Under the pieces are notes generated by a model, which worked only from the letters and a program-made list of their open reading frames with translations, was not told where the DNA came from and made no database searches. Shown here in pieces: positions 39,705-49,548 of a stretch of 64,000 nucleotides of DNA; position 1 is the stretch's first letter, and each line of letters starts with the position of its first letter. A program made the position numbers and the translations under genes. Location: IMG/VR virus record IMGVR_UViG_3300045996_001561, positions 1 through 64,000 of that record; one strand, 5' to 3'. This DNA comes from a virus.

Positions 39705-39711
39705 GCGACAC
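39275..39711 (+). repeat. Diverged tandem duplication, ~220 bp unit
   Basis: Both units start GGCGATCATYGGRCTTGTCGCRCTGATCTGG and end CTCCAGATATGG.GGGATCGATGAGCGACAC. Confidence 0.85.
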
Positions 39712-40149
39712 GGTCGGGAGGGGCAACGCCTATCGATGCTGGCGGGTACGGATGCGCGCCAATCAGGTCTACGAGGCCCACGTCTGGGCCAGCACGACCC
39801 CCGCCGCACAGGAGGCAGGGCAGGCCGCGTATTATGACGATCATGTGATCGAGGTCGATCGGTACCTCGTCGAGATCACGGACGCGACACCTGTCAACGA
39901 GCAGGAGTGCTTTGCCGATGAGAAGCCCATCGGAGGATAGCGATGTATCGCACACACGGCGGCGATGTGGCCCAATTGCGTGGGCGCGTGGGGAACCCCT
40001 GTAACAAGATGGGGTTACGCGACTCCGAGGACGAGAAGATCACCCTCCCCATGACCACCCCGGGTATCCACAACGCTTATCGTGATTGCATGACCGAGGA
40101 CTATCTGAAGCAGTGCAAACGCAAGAGGGCCAAGAAGTCAAAGGGTTGA
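39701..40149 (+). CDS. Hypothetical genes 39701-39940 and 39943-40149
   Basis: Coupled ORFs with SD. Confidence 0.5.
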
Positions 40150-40174
40150 CAAATACATGCTAGTATGGTAATAT
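40146..40174 (+). promoter_or_regulatory. Promoter
   Basis: TTGACA-N17(TATGG)-TAATAT. Confidence 0.78.
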
Positions 40175-40224
40175 CCTCGTAGCTGGGGTGACGGAAGCCC
40201 CGAGGACGAGAGAAGGAGGAAACA

Positions 40225-40335
40225 GTGTTCTTTACGGTCAACTTTATGCAGTTCGTCCGATTCATGGGACGGTTCCTGAAGTGGATCCTGATCCTGGCGA
40301 TCATCGTCATCGTGATTGGGAGCCTGTCATGGTAG
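40225..40335 (+). CDS. 36-aa TM peptide (not in ORF track)
   Basis: AAGGAGG SD; MFFTVNFMQFVRFMGRFLKWILILAIIVIVIGSLSW. Confidence 0.55.
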   Translation: MFFTVNFMQFVRFMGRFLKWILILAIIVIVIGSLSW

Positions 40336-41087
40336 CGGCGGCGAAGCGGGGGTGCGGATTTCGGGTTCCCGGCGACATCTACATGGAGTCCGTGGGTGGC
40401 ACGGCAACGGTCGACGACTGTCTGATCGATCCACCCATCCCCATCCCGGCAGGGTTGGAGATCCCGGCCCGTGGTGTCCTGATCATGCAGCGCCCGGGCA
40501 CAGATGGTGATCCGATCTGGGATGTGTACGACCATGTCGGGTCGAACCACTACCCGAACGTGGCCGATTTCGTGGAGGAAACCCGACGCTTCGGGTTGTC
40601 CCGCAAGATCAGCCGCAACGAGAACCTCCATCTGCTCGACGATCGATCGGTGATCATCCTCTGCCATGAGCGGGCCGTGGTGGAGCAGGCCGATTTCATG
40701 TACCAGTTACTCTGGGAGGAGGCCGACGAGTACCCCTCGGCCACCGGGTTGCGCTGCCCACAGCACAAGCACACCCTCGACCAGATGATGGCCGCGCGAC
40801 CGGGTGCCAACACCTGTGCCGGACTCTGGTACGAGATGATCCAGGGCGGGGATGCCTCCTACGATCCCGACAAGCCGCCACGCACGGTGACCCGCGAGGT
40901 CGGATCGACCCGGTACGAGGGGCGCAAGACGCCCGAGGGATTCACGCCACGCTACCGGGAGGGGTTCTTCCTCAGCAGCCGCCTCAGTAATCTCACGGTG
41001 ATCAAGGATCCCGAGGGCGGCGAGGACATCAAGGCGATGCAGAAGGCCAGCCAGAGCAAGCTCACCGTGCGACTGGAGGACTCATGA
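40329..41087 (+). CDS. Phage hypothetical protein, 252 aa
   Basis: RGCG...YPNVADFVEETRRFGLSRKI; function not recognised. Confidence 0.65.
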   Translation: MVAAAKRGCGFRVPGDIYMESVGGTATVDDCLIDPPIPIPAGLEIPARGVLIMQRPGTDGDPIWDVYDHVGSNHYPNVADFVEETRRFGLSRKISRNENLHLLDDRSVIILCHERAVVEQADFMYQLLWEEADEYPSATGLRCPQHKHTLDQMMAARPGANTCAGLWYEMIQGGDASYDPDKPPRTVTREVGSTRYEGRKTPEGFTPRYREGFFLSSRLSNLTVIKDPEGGEDIKAMQKASQSKLTVRLEDS

Positions 41088-41094
41088 CGACACG

Positions 41095-41123
41095 TTGACA
41101 ATACCGGGGGTATATGGTAACAT
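41095..41123 (+). promoter_or_regulatory. Promoter
   Basis: TTGACA-N17(TATGG)-TAACAT. Confidence 0.75.
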
Positions 41124-41172
41124 GCAACGCAATGGGGAGGAACGGAACCTCCCACGCGTACAGGAGGAAACC

Positions 41173-42249
41173 GTGGAACAGGATGCCAGGGACATGGAGA
41201 ATGCGATCACCGAGGCCGAGCAGGAGGCCGAGGCGGGAGCGATCGAGGACGATCAGTTCGTGGAGGCCACCCAGGGGGAGCTTGCCGGACTGATCCCGAG
41301 TGAGATCCCAGAGGGCTTGGCGACGGACTATGCGCCCATCGACAAGTTGCGGCTCGATCCGATAGGCGACCCGCCGACCAAAGGGTTCATCAACAACGTG
41401 CGGCTCCTTGGCATCATCGAGCCGCTGGTGGTTCGGCTCGATGCCGAGGGGTTCTACGAGATCATCGAGGGGCGACGGCGGGCCGAGGCGGCACGCATCC
41501 TCGGCATGCGGTTCGTCCCGGTGGTGGTCGAGACGCGGAGCAGCGCGAACGATCTGGTGCTTGCCCTCGCGGCCAACTACCAACGCTCCCCGAACTTCAT
41601 CGGGGATGCGCGCAACGTCGTCAGGCTCTTGGAGCATTCCAGTGAGCATCAGGTGGCAGCCGCCACGGGGATGGCGATCCCCCAGGTGCGGGCCGCGCGG
41701 GATATGATCACCCGACTCCACCCGAAGCTCGTCGAGGCGGCGGAAACCGGCCATATGGCGAAATGGGCCTCGACTCACGCGGCACGGCTACCGATGCCTG
41801 CCCAGGAGCGATTGCTGGCCGACCTGCAGGAGCGGTTGCAGCACGATCCCAAGGCCAAGATCACCGACCAGCACGTCATCGAGGCGCGGAATGCCGGTCG
41901 GGATGTGGCGAAGGCGACCCTTCCGGCCAGCATGTTCGACCGGGAGGGTGGGGATGCGGTCGACCCGGTGCTATACGGGGATGCAACGGCTGAGGATCTG
42001 GAAGAGGAATTCGCGGAAGGATTGACGGCCGTCGCGGAGCAGGCGCGATCAGAGCTTGCGACGCACCCGGACAATGGGGCAAAGCCCACCAAGATCAGCC
42101 GCGAGGATCGGGTGGCGAATGCGGTCAGTCTCCTGCAGCAGGCGCGCAAGGAACTGATGGCCATCAAGGGACGCAGCGAGGATCAGCAACAGGTGGTGAT
42201 CTTCATCGACGACGAGTTGCTGCCCCGGTTGCTGCAGCCGGTCAGCTAG
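41173..42249 (+). CDS. ParB/Spo0J-like protein
   Basis: GIIEPLVVR...YEIIEGRRRAEAA...ANYQRS ParB N-domain followed by an HTH-like segment; acidic N-terminus. Confidence 0.8.
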   Translation: MEQDARDMENAITEAEQEAEAGAIEDDQFVEATQGELAGLIPSEIPEGLATDYAPIDKLRLDPIGDPPTKGFINNVRLLGIIEPLVVRLDAEGFYEIIEGRRRAEAARILGMRFVPVVVETRSSANDLVLALAANYQRSPNFIGDARNVVRLLEHSSEHQVAAATGMAIPQVRAARDMITRLHPKLVEAAETGHMAKWASTHAARLPMPAQERLLADLQERLQHDPKAKITDQHVIEARNAGRDVAKATLPASMFDREGGDAVDPVLYGDATAEDLEEEFAEGLTAVAEQARSELATHPDNGAKPTKISREDRVANAVSLLQQARKELMAIKGRSEDQQQVVIFIDDELLPRLLQPVS

Positions 42250-42358
42250 GCTAGCATCGCAGGCAAAGAGCAGGGGCCGGGAGGGAAGATCCGGCCCCAT
42301 AGCTCACCCGAGGTAAGGAATGGCGGCTGCCCCTCGGGATTTTGGTGAGGAGGTCACC

Positions 42359-43225
42359 GTGTCTGATCCTACCACAACCACGGGCGATGAACTACTGCGG
42401 ATCTCTGGGCCTCGACCCAAGGGATTCACGATGCTGTATCACGTCATCGCGCGCCCACTGCTGACGGAGCATAGCGCGGTGCTGCGAACCTATGTGGCCC
42501 TCGGGTTGTATAGCAACGTGCAACGCGCGGCCTACCCCTCGATCGATACCATCGCCACGGATATCAACATGGATCCCCGGTCGGTCTACCGCGCCATCGA
42601 CCGATTGGAAACCCTCGGATTGCTCTCAGTCATCCGATCCCCAGGAAAACCGAACCATTATGTCATGCTCTCTCCCGGGGATGATGGGTTCCTGACCCCT
42701 GACACCCGTGTCACGGGTGCTGCGTCAACCCCTGACACCCATGTCACCCCACCCCTGACACCCATGTCACCCGAACAAGACGGTCTGAACAAGAAGAAAG
42801 AATCATCTTCTGCAGAGAAGGAATCCATCAGGGATAATGGGCGCTCGTCTGTGGGCGCGGAAAGCACGACCCCACCCCCTACCCCCGCCCCACAAAAGAA
42901 ATCGACAGATAAACCGATGACCCGATTGGCCCGCGAAGAGGCCGATTCGTACTGGCAGGAGGAACGGGTCAAGCATTTCTTTCTGGAGATCCGCAAGCTC
43001 TACCCGCGCACCCTGGATCGCGGGCAGGAGATGGAGGCGTTCCGAAAGACGGTTGGAGCCAAGATCGTCCAGCACCCTGATCTCGATACGCAGATCTGGA
43101 ACGGGCTGCACGCCTGGATCGCCTACTGGCAGAAGGAGGGAACCGAGACGCGATTCATCCCGCACTTCAGTACGTGGATCAATGGGGAACGATGGGATGC
43201 CAAGCCAACGGGGGTGACAACATGA
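42359..43225 (+). CDS. HTH replication initiator (lambda O-like organisation)
   Basis: AYPSIDTIA...RSVYRAIDRLETLGLL winged HTH; low-complexity linker with DNA iterons; C-terminal FIPHFSTWINGERW. Confidence 0.78.
   Translation: MSDPTTTTGDELLRISGPRPKGFTMLYHVIARPLLTEHSAVLRTYVALGLYSNVQRAAYPSIDTIATDINMDPRSVYRAIDRLETLGLLSVIRSPGKPNHYVMLSPGDDGFLTPDTRVTGAASTPDTHVTPPLTPMSPEQDGLNKKKESSSAEKESIRDNGRSSVGAESTTPPPTPAPQKKSTDKPMTRLAREEADSYWQEERVKHFFLEIRKLYPRTLDRGQEMEAFRKTVGAKIVQHPDLDTQIWNGLHAWIAYWQKEGTETRFIPHFSTWINGERWDAKPTGVTT
42695..42770 (+). repeat. Three 20-bp iterons ACCCCTGACACCCRTGTCAC (putative origin)
   Basis: Copies at 42695-42714, 42728-42747 and 42751-42770, each with TGACA-N4-TGTCA dyad symmetry; followed by an A-rich stretch. 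Confidence 0.8.
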
Positions 43226-43820
43226 AATGGTGGGTAGTGACCTTTCCCAATGGGAGCATCGAGGTTGCGGCGGCGAACGCTCCCGATGCCATGTGGCGCG
43301 GCGCGCACGCATGGCCTGCCCTTGACCGGACACCGAGCGAGATCGTGGACAGCATCACCGGCATCAAGCAGATCGGTAACGCACTGAAGTGGATAGGGCC
43401 GCGCGACCCGATCGTCATTGACACCATCCCGAACGGATCGTGGTGGGCCGAGAACAACCCCGTCTCCCCGCGCGAGACGTGGGAACTCCTGACACAGGTG
43501 ATGTCATGAGTCGTCGCAAGGATCGGAATGGGTTTTCCGCCAACCAGTGCAGCCTGTGCGAATCGATCACCTTGACCCTCGGTGATCAGGGCATGGGTGG
43601 TGTCCGCTACTGTCGGGACTGCATCCGCGAGACGCTAGGGTGGCATCAGCTTTCACCCGAGGCCAAGGTCAGTCTGCAGACGCGATTCATCAACGCCTTA
43701 CAGGATCCCGAGTACAAGCGGCAGATGACGATGTGGGGAACCCCAACCCCCGAGGAACGTCAGGCGATCTCCATTGGGGAGAGCCGCTATCGACTTGCCA
43801 CGTCGGAGATGGGACGATGA
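43222..43820 (+). CDS. Hypothetical genes 43222-43509 and 43506-43820 (CxxC...CxxC)
   Basis: ATGA-coupled between initiator and primase-helicase. Confidence 0.6.
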
Positions 43821-45775
43821 TCACACGACCAGAAGAGGAAGCCGGGATCACCTATGCCGATCTCGATATCGACGTCCGGCACTGCCGCACCGAGGAATGC
43901 AAGACGTGGTGTCCCAAGTGCCGGGACACGCATTCGCCAGGAAAACGCACCCAGAAGGATCTCTCGGTCAACCTCGCACGCGGGGAAGGGAAGTGCCACC
44001 GCTGCCCGTATACCTTCGGCCTCGGAAAAGAGGCCCGAGAACGCGGCCTGACCCCCAGAGTGGTATCTACCCCCCTTTCGCGCCCAAACGCCCCGCAGCG
44101 GCCACGGATTGAAGCGGAGCGGCCCCAAACAGAGGTCATGCCTCCCCGCACTATGCCGGGGTTGCTCCACGATTGGGCCGTCGAGTGGTGCGGACAGCGC
44201 GAGATCCCCGAAGATGTGATGCACCACTTCGGGATCGAGTCCACCGAACGGTGGGAAGAATTCGATCAACCGACGCTGCACTTCCCCTATCGCCTCGACG
44301 GCACCCTCGTCAACATCAAGCACCGCATCCTCCCCAAAGATTTCCGGCAAGAGAAGAAAGCGCTCAGGTCGTGCTTCAACATCGACGCGGCGAATGGTGC
44401 CGAGACGGTAGTGGTTGCCGAGGGGGAGCTTGATGTGATGGCCTGCCATGAGGCCGGGTTCATCGCTATCTCTCCCCCCGATGGTGCGCCAGGACTGATC
44501 CGCGACCCGGTGACAGGTGCCACCACCGGGGTGGCCGAGGTCGGGAACAAGGCGATGGCCTTTCTGGAGCCGCGCAACGCCGAGATCCTCAGTGGCATCA
44601 AGCGGTTCATCATCGCCACCGATGCGGACATGGAGGGGCAAAAGCTGGCCGAGTGGCTGGTTGAGCATTTCGGGGCCGAGCGATGCTGGCAGGTCGCGTG
44701 GCCCGAGGGGGTCAAAGATGCGAATCAGATGCTCGTCGAGCGCGGGACGAAGGCGCTCACCGATCTGATATCCCGGGCGCGGCCGGTCAACCCTCCGGGG
44801 ATCTACACCTTCGAAGATCAGCGCGAGGAAGCCCACTATATCCATCAGCACGGACTCCCCAAGGGACTCTCCACCGGGTGGATCGACTTCGATAGCCTCT
44901 ACACCGTCTGGTCGGGGTCGGTGGTCGTCATCTACGGCGTGCCCAGCCACGGCAAGACCTCCTGGGTCAACAACCTGATCGTCAATCTGGCCCACATCCA
45001 CGACATGAAGTTCGGGGTGTTCTCCCCCGAAGCCGGTCGGCCGGTGATGGCGCTGATGAAGTACGTCCAGATCGCCAACGACCGTCCGCTCCTTCCCGGC
45101 TACGAGCAGCAGATGACTGCCGAGGAACTCGACATCGGCATCGATTGGGTGCGGGATCGCTTCTTCCGCATCGATGCCCCGACCCAAGGTTCCAGCTATA
45201 CCAAGTTCTCCATCCCCGAGATCGTCTCGCGTGGGGAGCAGCTTGCCTTGCGCTCAGGCATTGGTGGCCTCGTCATCGATCCCTGGAACTATCTGCTCCC
45301 GATGCGCCCGGACGGTCAGAGCGACACCGAATACGTGGCGAACTCGATCCTGCAACTGCATGAGTTTGCCGATCGGTATCAGACGACGGTATTCGTGATT
45401 GCTCACCCGACCAAGCAGGACTTCGGGCAGCGGGAGGATGCCGAGGAAACGATGCCGAAGCCCTACTCCATCGCGGGGAGCGCCCACTGGTACAACATGG
45501 CGGATGCGATCCTCGGGGTGCAGCGCAACAAGTACACCGAGCCGATCAACCAGACGACGGTCAAGGTGTGGAAGAACCGCGAAGAAGGGGTCTACGGATC
45601 GCTGGGGGAGTGCTACTTCACCTTCGACGAACGGAGCCGTCGCTTTCATTGCCGTTCCACGCCGATCCCCATCCTGACCGGAACCAATCCCTATCCCGAG
45701 CTACCCGCCTCCCTGCGCGTCAGTCCGATGTCGATCAGCCAGGGGAACACGACCTTTGCCGACGAGCCGTTCTAG
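43817..45775 (+). CDS. Bifunctional primase-helicase (Twinkle / T7 gp4-like)
   Basis: Zn finger CPKC...CHRC; TOPRIM VAEGELD and ATDADMEG; SF4 helicase GVPSHGKT, LVIDPWN, HPTK, IAGSAHWYNMAD. Confidence 0.9.
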   Translation: MITRPEEEAGITYADLDIDVRHCRTEECKTWCPKCRDTHSPGKRTQKDLSVNLARGEGKCHRCPYTFGLGKEARERGLTPRVVSTPLSRPNAPQRPRIEAERPQTEVMPPRTMPGLLHDWAVEWCGQREIPEDVMHHFGIESTERWEEFDQPTLHFPYRLDGTLVNIKHRILPKDFRQEKKALRSCFNIDAANGAETVVVAEGELDVMACHEAGFIAISPPDGAPGLIRDPVTGATTGVAEVGNKAMAFLEPRNAEILSGIKRFIIATDADMEGQKLAEWLVEHFGAERCWQVAWPEGVKDANQMLVERGTKALTDLISRARPVNPPGIYTFEDQREEAHYIHQHGLPKGLSTGWIDFDSLYTVWSGSVVVIYGVPSHGKTSWVNNLIVNLAHIHDMKFGVFSPEAGRPVMALMKYVQIANDRPLLPGYEQQMTAEELDIGIDWVRDRFFRIDAPTQGSSYTKFSIPEIVSRGEQLALRSGIGGLVIDPWNYLLPMRPDGQSDTEYVANSILQLHEFADRYQTTVFVIAHPTKQDFGQREDAEETMPKPYSIAGSAHWYNMADAILGVQRNKYTEPINQTTVKVWKNREEGVYGSLGECYFTFDERSRRFHCRSTPIPILTGTNPYPELPASLRVSPMSISQGNTTFADEPF

Positions 45776-45778
45776 GGG

Positions 45779-45807
45779 TTGACATACCCGCGATGATGTG
45801 GTACTAT
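45779..45807 (+). promoter_or_regulatory. Promoter
   Basis: TTGACA-N17(TGTGG)-TACTAT. Confidence 0.78.
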
Positions 45808-45855
45808 GCTCCCGGGTTGGAATACGGAGCCGCCCGGGAGCGACTCGGAGGAACG

Positions 45856-47070
45856 ATGAAGCGTCTGACGGATTACTTCAGCGACCTGCCCACGGCGCTG
45901 GCCGATGGCAACTACCCGTTCGCGGAGTTCATGGAGCGTGCCCCGGATCCAGACAAGACGCGTGACTATTTCCTGTCTGCGCTTGAGGAGCGGACGACGC
46001 TCGACATCACGGACATGATGGAGGTTCTTGTCACGGGCCAGATGCTCAGTATGAACTTCAAGGGCATGACCGGATGCGTCCCACCCTGGTTCTCCACCCT
46101 GACGGAGTGGGCGCTCCCCGAGAGCGATCACGATCTGAACGTCCGCATCAAGGAGGTCGTGAACTTCCCGGTGCGCCGCTGGGGCACCCTCACGGTGGGC
46201 ATGACCGCCAGCCAGATGGTGCATCTCATGCGGCGTCCCGACAACACCATCGATCGTGACGAGATGACCACCCTCCCGAAGCTCTCTCCGGACGAGATCG
46301 CTGAGGCATTTCGGGAAGAGCATCCGATCATGCAGCGGCACAGCCACGACGTTGCCGCGAATATCGGGTGGTACCTCCTGATGTATCCCTTCATCCGTAC
46401 CAACCGGGGGATGCTGGGGCCACTCTACGAGGTTCACACCGTCCTCGATCACGACGGCAAGCCGCTGGTATTGCCGCACATAGAGGGTGATTACCTGAAG
46501 TGGGAAAAGGACGACACATCGCACGTCGCCATCTGGAACGAGTGGACGTCCTCTGCGCCCCTCGGTCGGGCGATCTTCAGCGGGAACACCCTCCACACCC
46601 CGAACGATCGATCGGTGATCGCCTTCTCCACGGTGTTCGTGATGCCGACGCTGCACGCCTTTGAGCTTGCCAACTACCGCAACATCCGCCCTCGCCCGGT
46701 GGAGCCACGCTACGCCTCCCGGCAGGAGCGAAGGGATGCCGAGCGGCGTGGCGACCCGCCGCTGACCAAGTACCACATTCTGGAGATCCTCCCGGCCGGG
46801 TCGACGAACGCCAAGCTGGCCCGACCGCTGGGGGAGGTCATGCGCGAGATGCCGCTGCACGCCGTGCGACGGCACAAGCGGGTCTACACGAAAGAGGCTC
46901 CCCTCTTTGGGAGGTTTGGGGATCCCCGCTACTACGGCACCTTCTGGATCGCTCCCCACACCCGGGGCGACCGGGAGAAGGGCGTGGTGCAGAAGGACTA
47001 CATCGAGACGGCACGAACGGTGGAGATTGCCGAGGCGGATCGCCACGGCATCACCCCGGTCATCGCCTGA
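45856..47070 (+). CDS. Hypothetical protein with C-terminal HxVRxHxR...WIAPHxRG motif
   Basis: GGAGG SD before ATG 45856; motif is common in uncharacterised phage proteins. Confidence 0.65.
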   Translation: MKRLTDYFSDLPTALADGNYPFAEFMERAPDPDKTRDYFLSALEERTTLDITDMMEVLVTGQMLSMNFKGMTGCVPPWFSTLTEWALPESDHDLNVRIKEVVNFPVRRWGTLTVGMTASQMVHLMRRPDNTIDRDEMTTLPKLSPDEIAEAFREEHPIMQRHSHDVAANIGWYLLMYPFIRTNRGMLGPLYEVHTVLDHDGKPLVLPHIEGDYLKWEKDDTSHVAIWNEWTSSAPLGRAIFSGNTLHTPNDRSVIAFSTVFVMPTLHAFELANYRNIRPRPVEPRYASRQERRDAERRGDPPLTKYHILEILPAGSTNAKLARPLGEVMREMPLHAVRRHKRVYTKEAPLFGRFGDPRYYGTFWIAPHTRGDREKGVVQKDYIETARTVEIAEADRHGITPVIA

Positions 47071-47084
47071 GAGGGAGAGAGCAT

Positions 47085-47842
47085 TTGCCACCTGTCAACA
47101 TCAGCCTTGATGCGGCGCTGCGGGAGCGCGACGATATTTTGACGCGCATGGATAGCGAGGCGGCGAAGGCGTACATCGTCACGCACGGGGGGAAGGTTCC
47201 GAGGGAGAACCTCGATTGGGAGAAGGTGTTGCATCTGGCACGCCTGGAAGTCACGACCCTTCCCGGGGAGGTGCGTTCGGAAAGCCGCGTCTGGCTTGCC
47301 CGAAACGGCGCGCAGTCGATCATGACCCTTGGCCCCGATAGCCCGTACGTCACGGCCGTGCTTGATCTGATCTTCCCCGCCGCGCTCACCGATGCCTACA
47401 TCGCGGAGATGGAGAAATCCCAGCGCCACCCGTATCCCGGCAATCCTCTTGTCTCCAACGGAGGGACGGTGTGATCGTCGTCACGGTTGAACTGTGGCCC
47501 TACGGCATCGAGGGATTGAAGCGCCACCTGGGAACGGCCCGGATCTGGAACGACACCACGGGCGATCCCAAAACAGGGAACTACCAGATCGAACTCCTTG
47601 GTCGCATGGAGTCGAGTGATTACCGGGGGTATCCTGGGATGCACGCAAACCCCGATTGGGGGAGCGACGAGGTCTCGGAGGAAGATCTGATGGTGACCCT
47701 GTCGAAGTGGGGTCGACCGGATCAGGTCTGGAAGAAAGGAGAGGTCAAAGGATTTCCTCGCACCCGCCTTGGGGCGTGGGACTTGCTCTATCTGGCTCTC
47801 CGCAACATTGTCGGGAGCCGCAACAGGGAGGTCGGGTCATGA
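47085..47842 (+). CDS. Hypothetical genes 47085-47474 and 47471-47842
   Basis: Coupled ORFs with SD. Confidence 0.55.
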
Positions 47843-48168
47843 TTCGTCGCGCAATCGTGGCGGCATGGATGGTGGTGGTGTTCCTGGGCGGGCAGGCAAG
47901 CGCCCAAGGGTACAGTTACGAGCAGGCCATCTACGACGCCTGTGCCCGCTACGGGTGCAACGGCGATCAGTTGGTGCGGGTGATGTACTGCGAGAGCGGC
48001 GGCAACCCCTATGCGGTCGGCCCGAACGGGGAGCGCGGTCTGTTCCAGTACCACCCCTATGGACACAACCCGGCAGCGGCCTGGGTCGATCCCTACACCC
48101 AGATCGACATTGCGGCGCGGGAGTGGGCCGCAGGACTTGGCTATCTCTGGGTGTGCCAGGGCTGGTAG
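47839..48168 (+). CDS. Secreted lytic transglycosylase / lysozyme-like protein
   Basis: Signal peptide ending ASA; VMYCESGGNPYA catalytic Glu motif and GLFQY. Confidence 0.75.
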   Translation: MIRRAIVAAWMVVVFLGGQASAQGYSYEQAIYDACARYGCNGDQLVRVMYCESGGNPYAVGPNGERGLFQYHPYGHNPAAAWVDPYTQIDIAAREWAAGLGYLWVCQGW

Positions 48169-48181
48169 GAGGAATACGTCG

Positions 48182-48424
48182 ATGCCCGGAGGTAATGATG
48201 CCCTCGCGCACGCGCACGGCGTGCAGGAGAATCTCCGGGCCATCGACCTCGCTCTGCAGATACTCCGCTTCCTGCACGAAAAGGGGTCGACCCGACTCAC
48301 CATCGACGAGGCGGTCGATGTTTACGAGATGCAGGTACTGACCACTTCGGCCAAGCGCAAGGCCGACACCCTCGTCGCATCGATGACGCGGCGAATGAAG
48401 GACAAGGAGAGCGAATCGCAATGA
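48182..48424 (+). CDS. Hypothetical protein
   Basis: AGGAGG SD before ATG 48182. Confidence 0.55.
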   Translation: MPGGNDALAHAHGVQENLRAIDLALQILRFLHEKGSTRLTIDEAVDVYEMQVLTTSAKRKADTLVASMTRRMKDKESESQ

Positions 48425-49143
48425 CCACGATCAATCGTCGTCGCTTGTTCGGATCAGGGCTGGGCGCACTCGTCGCCGCTGTAGTGGCGAAGGTGGCTCC
48501 GGTGGAGGCCGCACCCACCGGGGCAATCCTCGGGGAAGCCACGGGCACCATCTCGGTCGATGTGGCTCCTGCCATGACGGCGATGGACAGCCTGCATTCC
48601 TACATCTCGGCCATCCCCGATCCGGTTCCGTGGGCTACGCCACCGCACATGGAGATGATCCCGACCCCGCTCTCCCAGGACACGACCGCGTATTACGGCG
48701 GGACTGATGGCGGGCAGGAGGTTCTCACCATCCCTGAGCCACAGATCCTTGCATCTGTCACGGGGGACTACCTGACGATCGACGAGTGGGCACCGTACCC
48801 GGTGGATGTGGGGAATCGGCGCATCTCGGCCAGGATCGATGAGGGACACACGATCCTTGTCTGTGGGAGTCGGGAGGTTGCCGTCTACTGCGATGGTCGT
48901 GAGATCGGCATCAACCTGTTCCCATCCGTCCGCAACCGTCCAGGCGGTGGTGAGTGGTGGGGATCATTCCGCATCGATGACGGCGCGTGGCACGCCCTAA
49001 CCGTTCCGCGCGGCGTCGACACCATCAAGCTCTACGCCTCGGGACAGATCAGCCACTTGACCGGGGGAGACTACTTCTCTGTCTCGCACGACGACGGCAA
49101 GACGTGGACGAAGATCCCAATCACGTCATGGACGTGGGAATGA
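48421..49143 (+). CDS. Tat-signal protein with C-terminal Asp-box
   Basis: INRRRLFGSGLGALVAAVVA...VEA twin-arginine signal; SHDDGKTW Asp-box. Confidence 0.6.
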   Translation: MTTINRRRLFGSGLGALVAAVVAKVAPVEAAPTGAILGEATGTISVDVAPAMTAMDSLHSYISAIPDPVPWATPPHMEMIPTPLSQDTTAYYGGTDGGQEVLTIPEPQILASVTGDYLTIDEWAPYPVDVGNRRISARIDEGHTILVCGSREVAVYCDGREIGINLFPSVRNRPGGGEWWGSFRIDDGAWHALTVPRGVDTIKLYASGQISHLTGGDYFSVSHDDGKTWTKIPITSWTWE

Positions 49144-49548
49144 TCCTCAACCTCTTTCCCGAGCGAAAGATCGGGACGGTTGAGTTTCAGTACCTCTCCT
49201 GCAATTGGGACAACCGCAGGCTGAAGCGCAAGATCCCGATTGGCAACCCTCGGAGCCGCTACGACCGGCGTGAGCATGTCTGCGCGAGGCGGCGGGCCAA
49301 TCCCTACATCAGAGAGCAGTGGTACGCATGAGGGAAACGAACGATTCAGTGGAGAAGTGGGAGGCTGACGCGAGGCAGTGGGTGCGAGATTCCACCCTGT
49401 CCCTAGTTCCCCTGATCAAGCGTCGGGCCAACCTGTTCAGGGCGGCGACCGGGATGAATCGTCGCCGCTCCACTGAGCAAGCCATCAAGCATCTTCAGGC
49501 CATCCAGAAGCGTGAGACACCCGCGACCCTCTTGGGAGTGTCATTCGA

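Noticed and set aside
28650-41172. ORF-track starts at 28650, 30374, 33078, 41095 and similar
   Set aside because: These use the TTG of the -35 box or lie in leaders; SD-supported starts are downstream.
47839-48168. Calling the transglycosylase the endolysin of a lysis cassette
   Set aside because: It is small, signal-peptide-bearing, in the middle region and has no adjacent holin; the lysis module more likely lies in the unseen late region.
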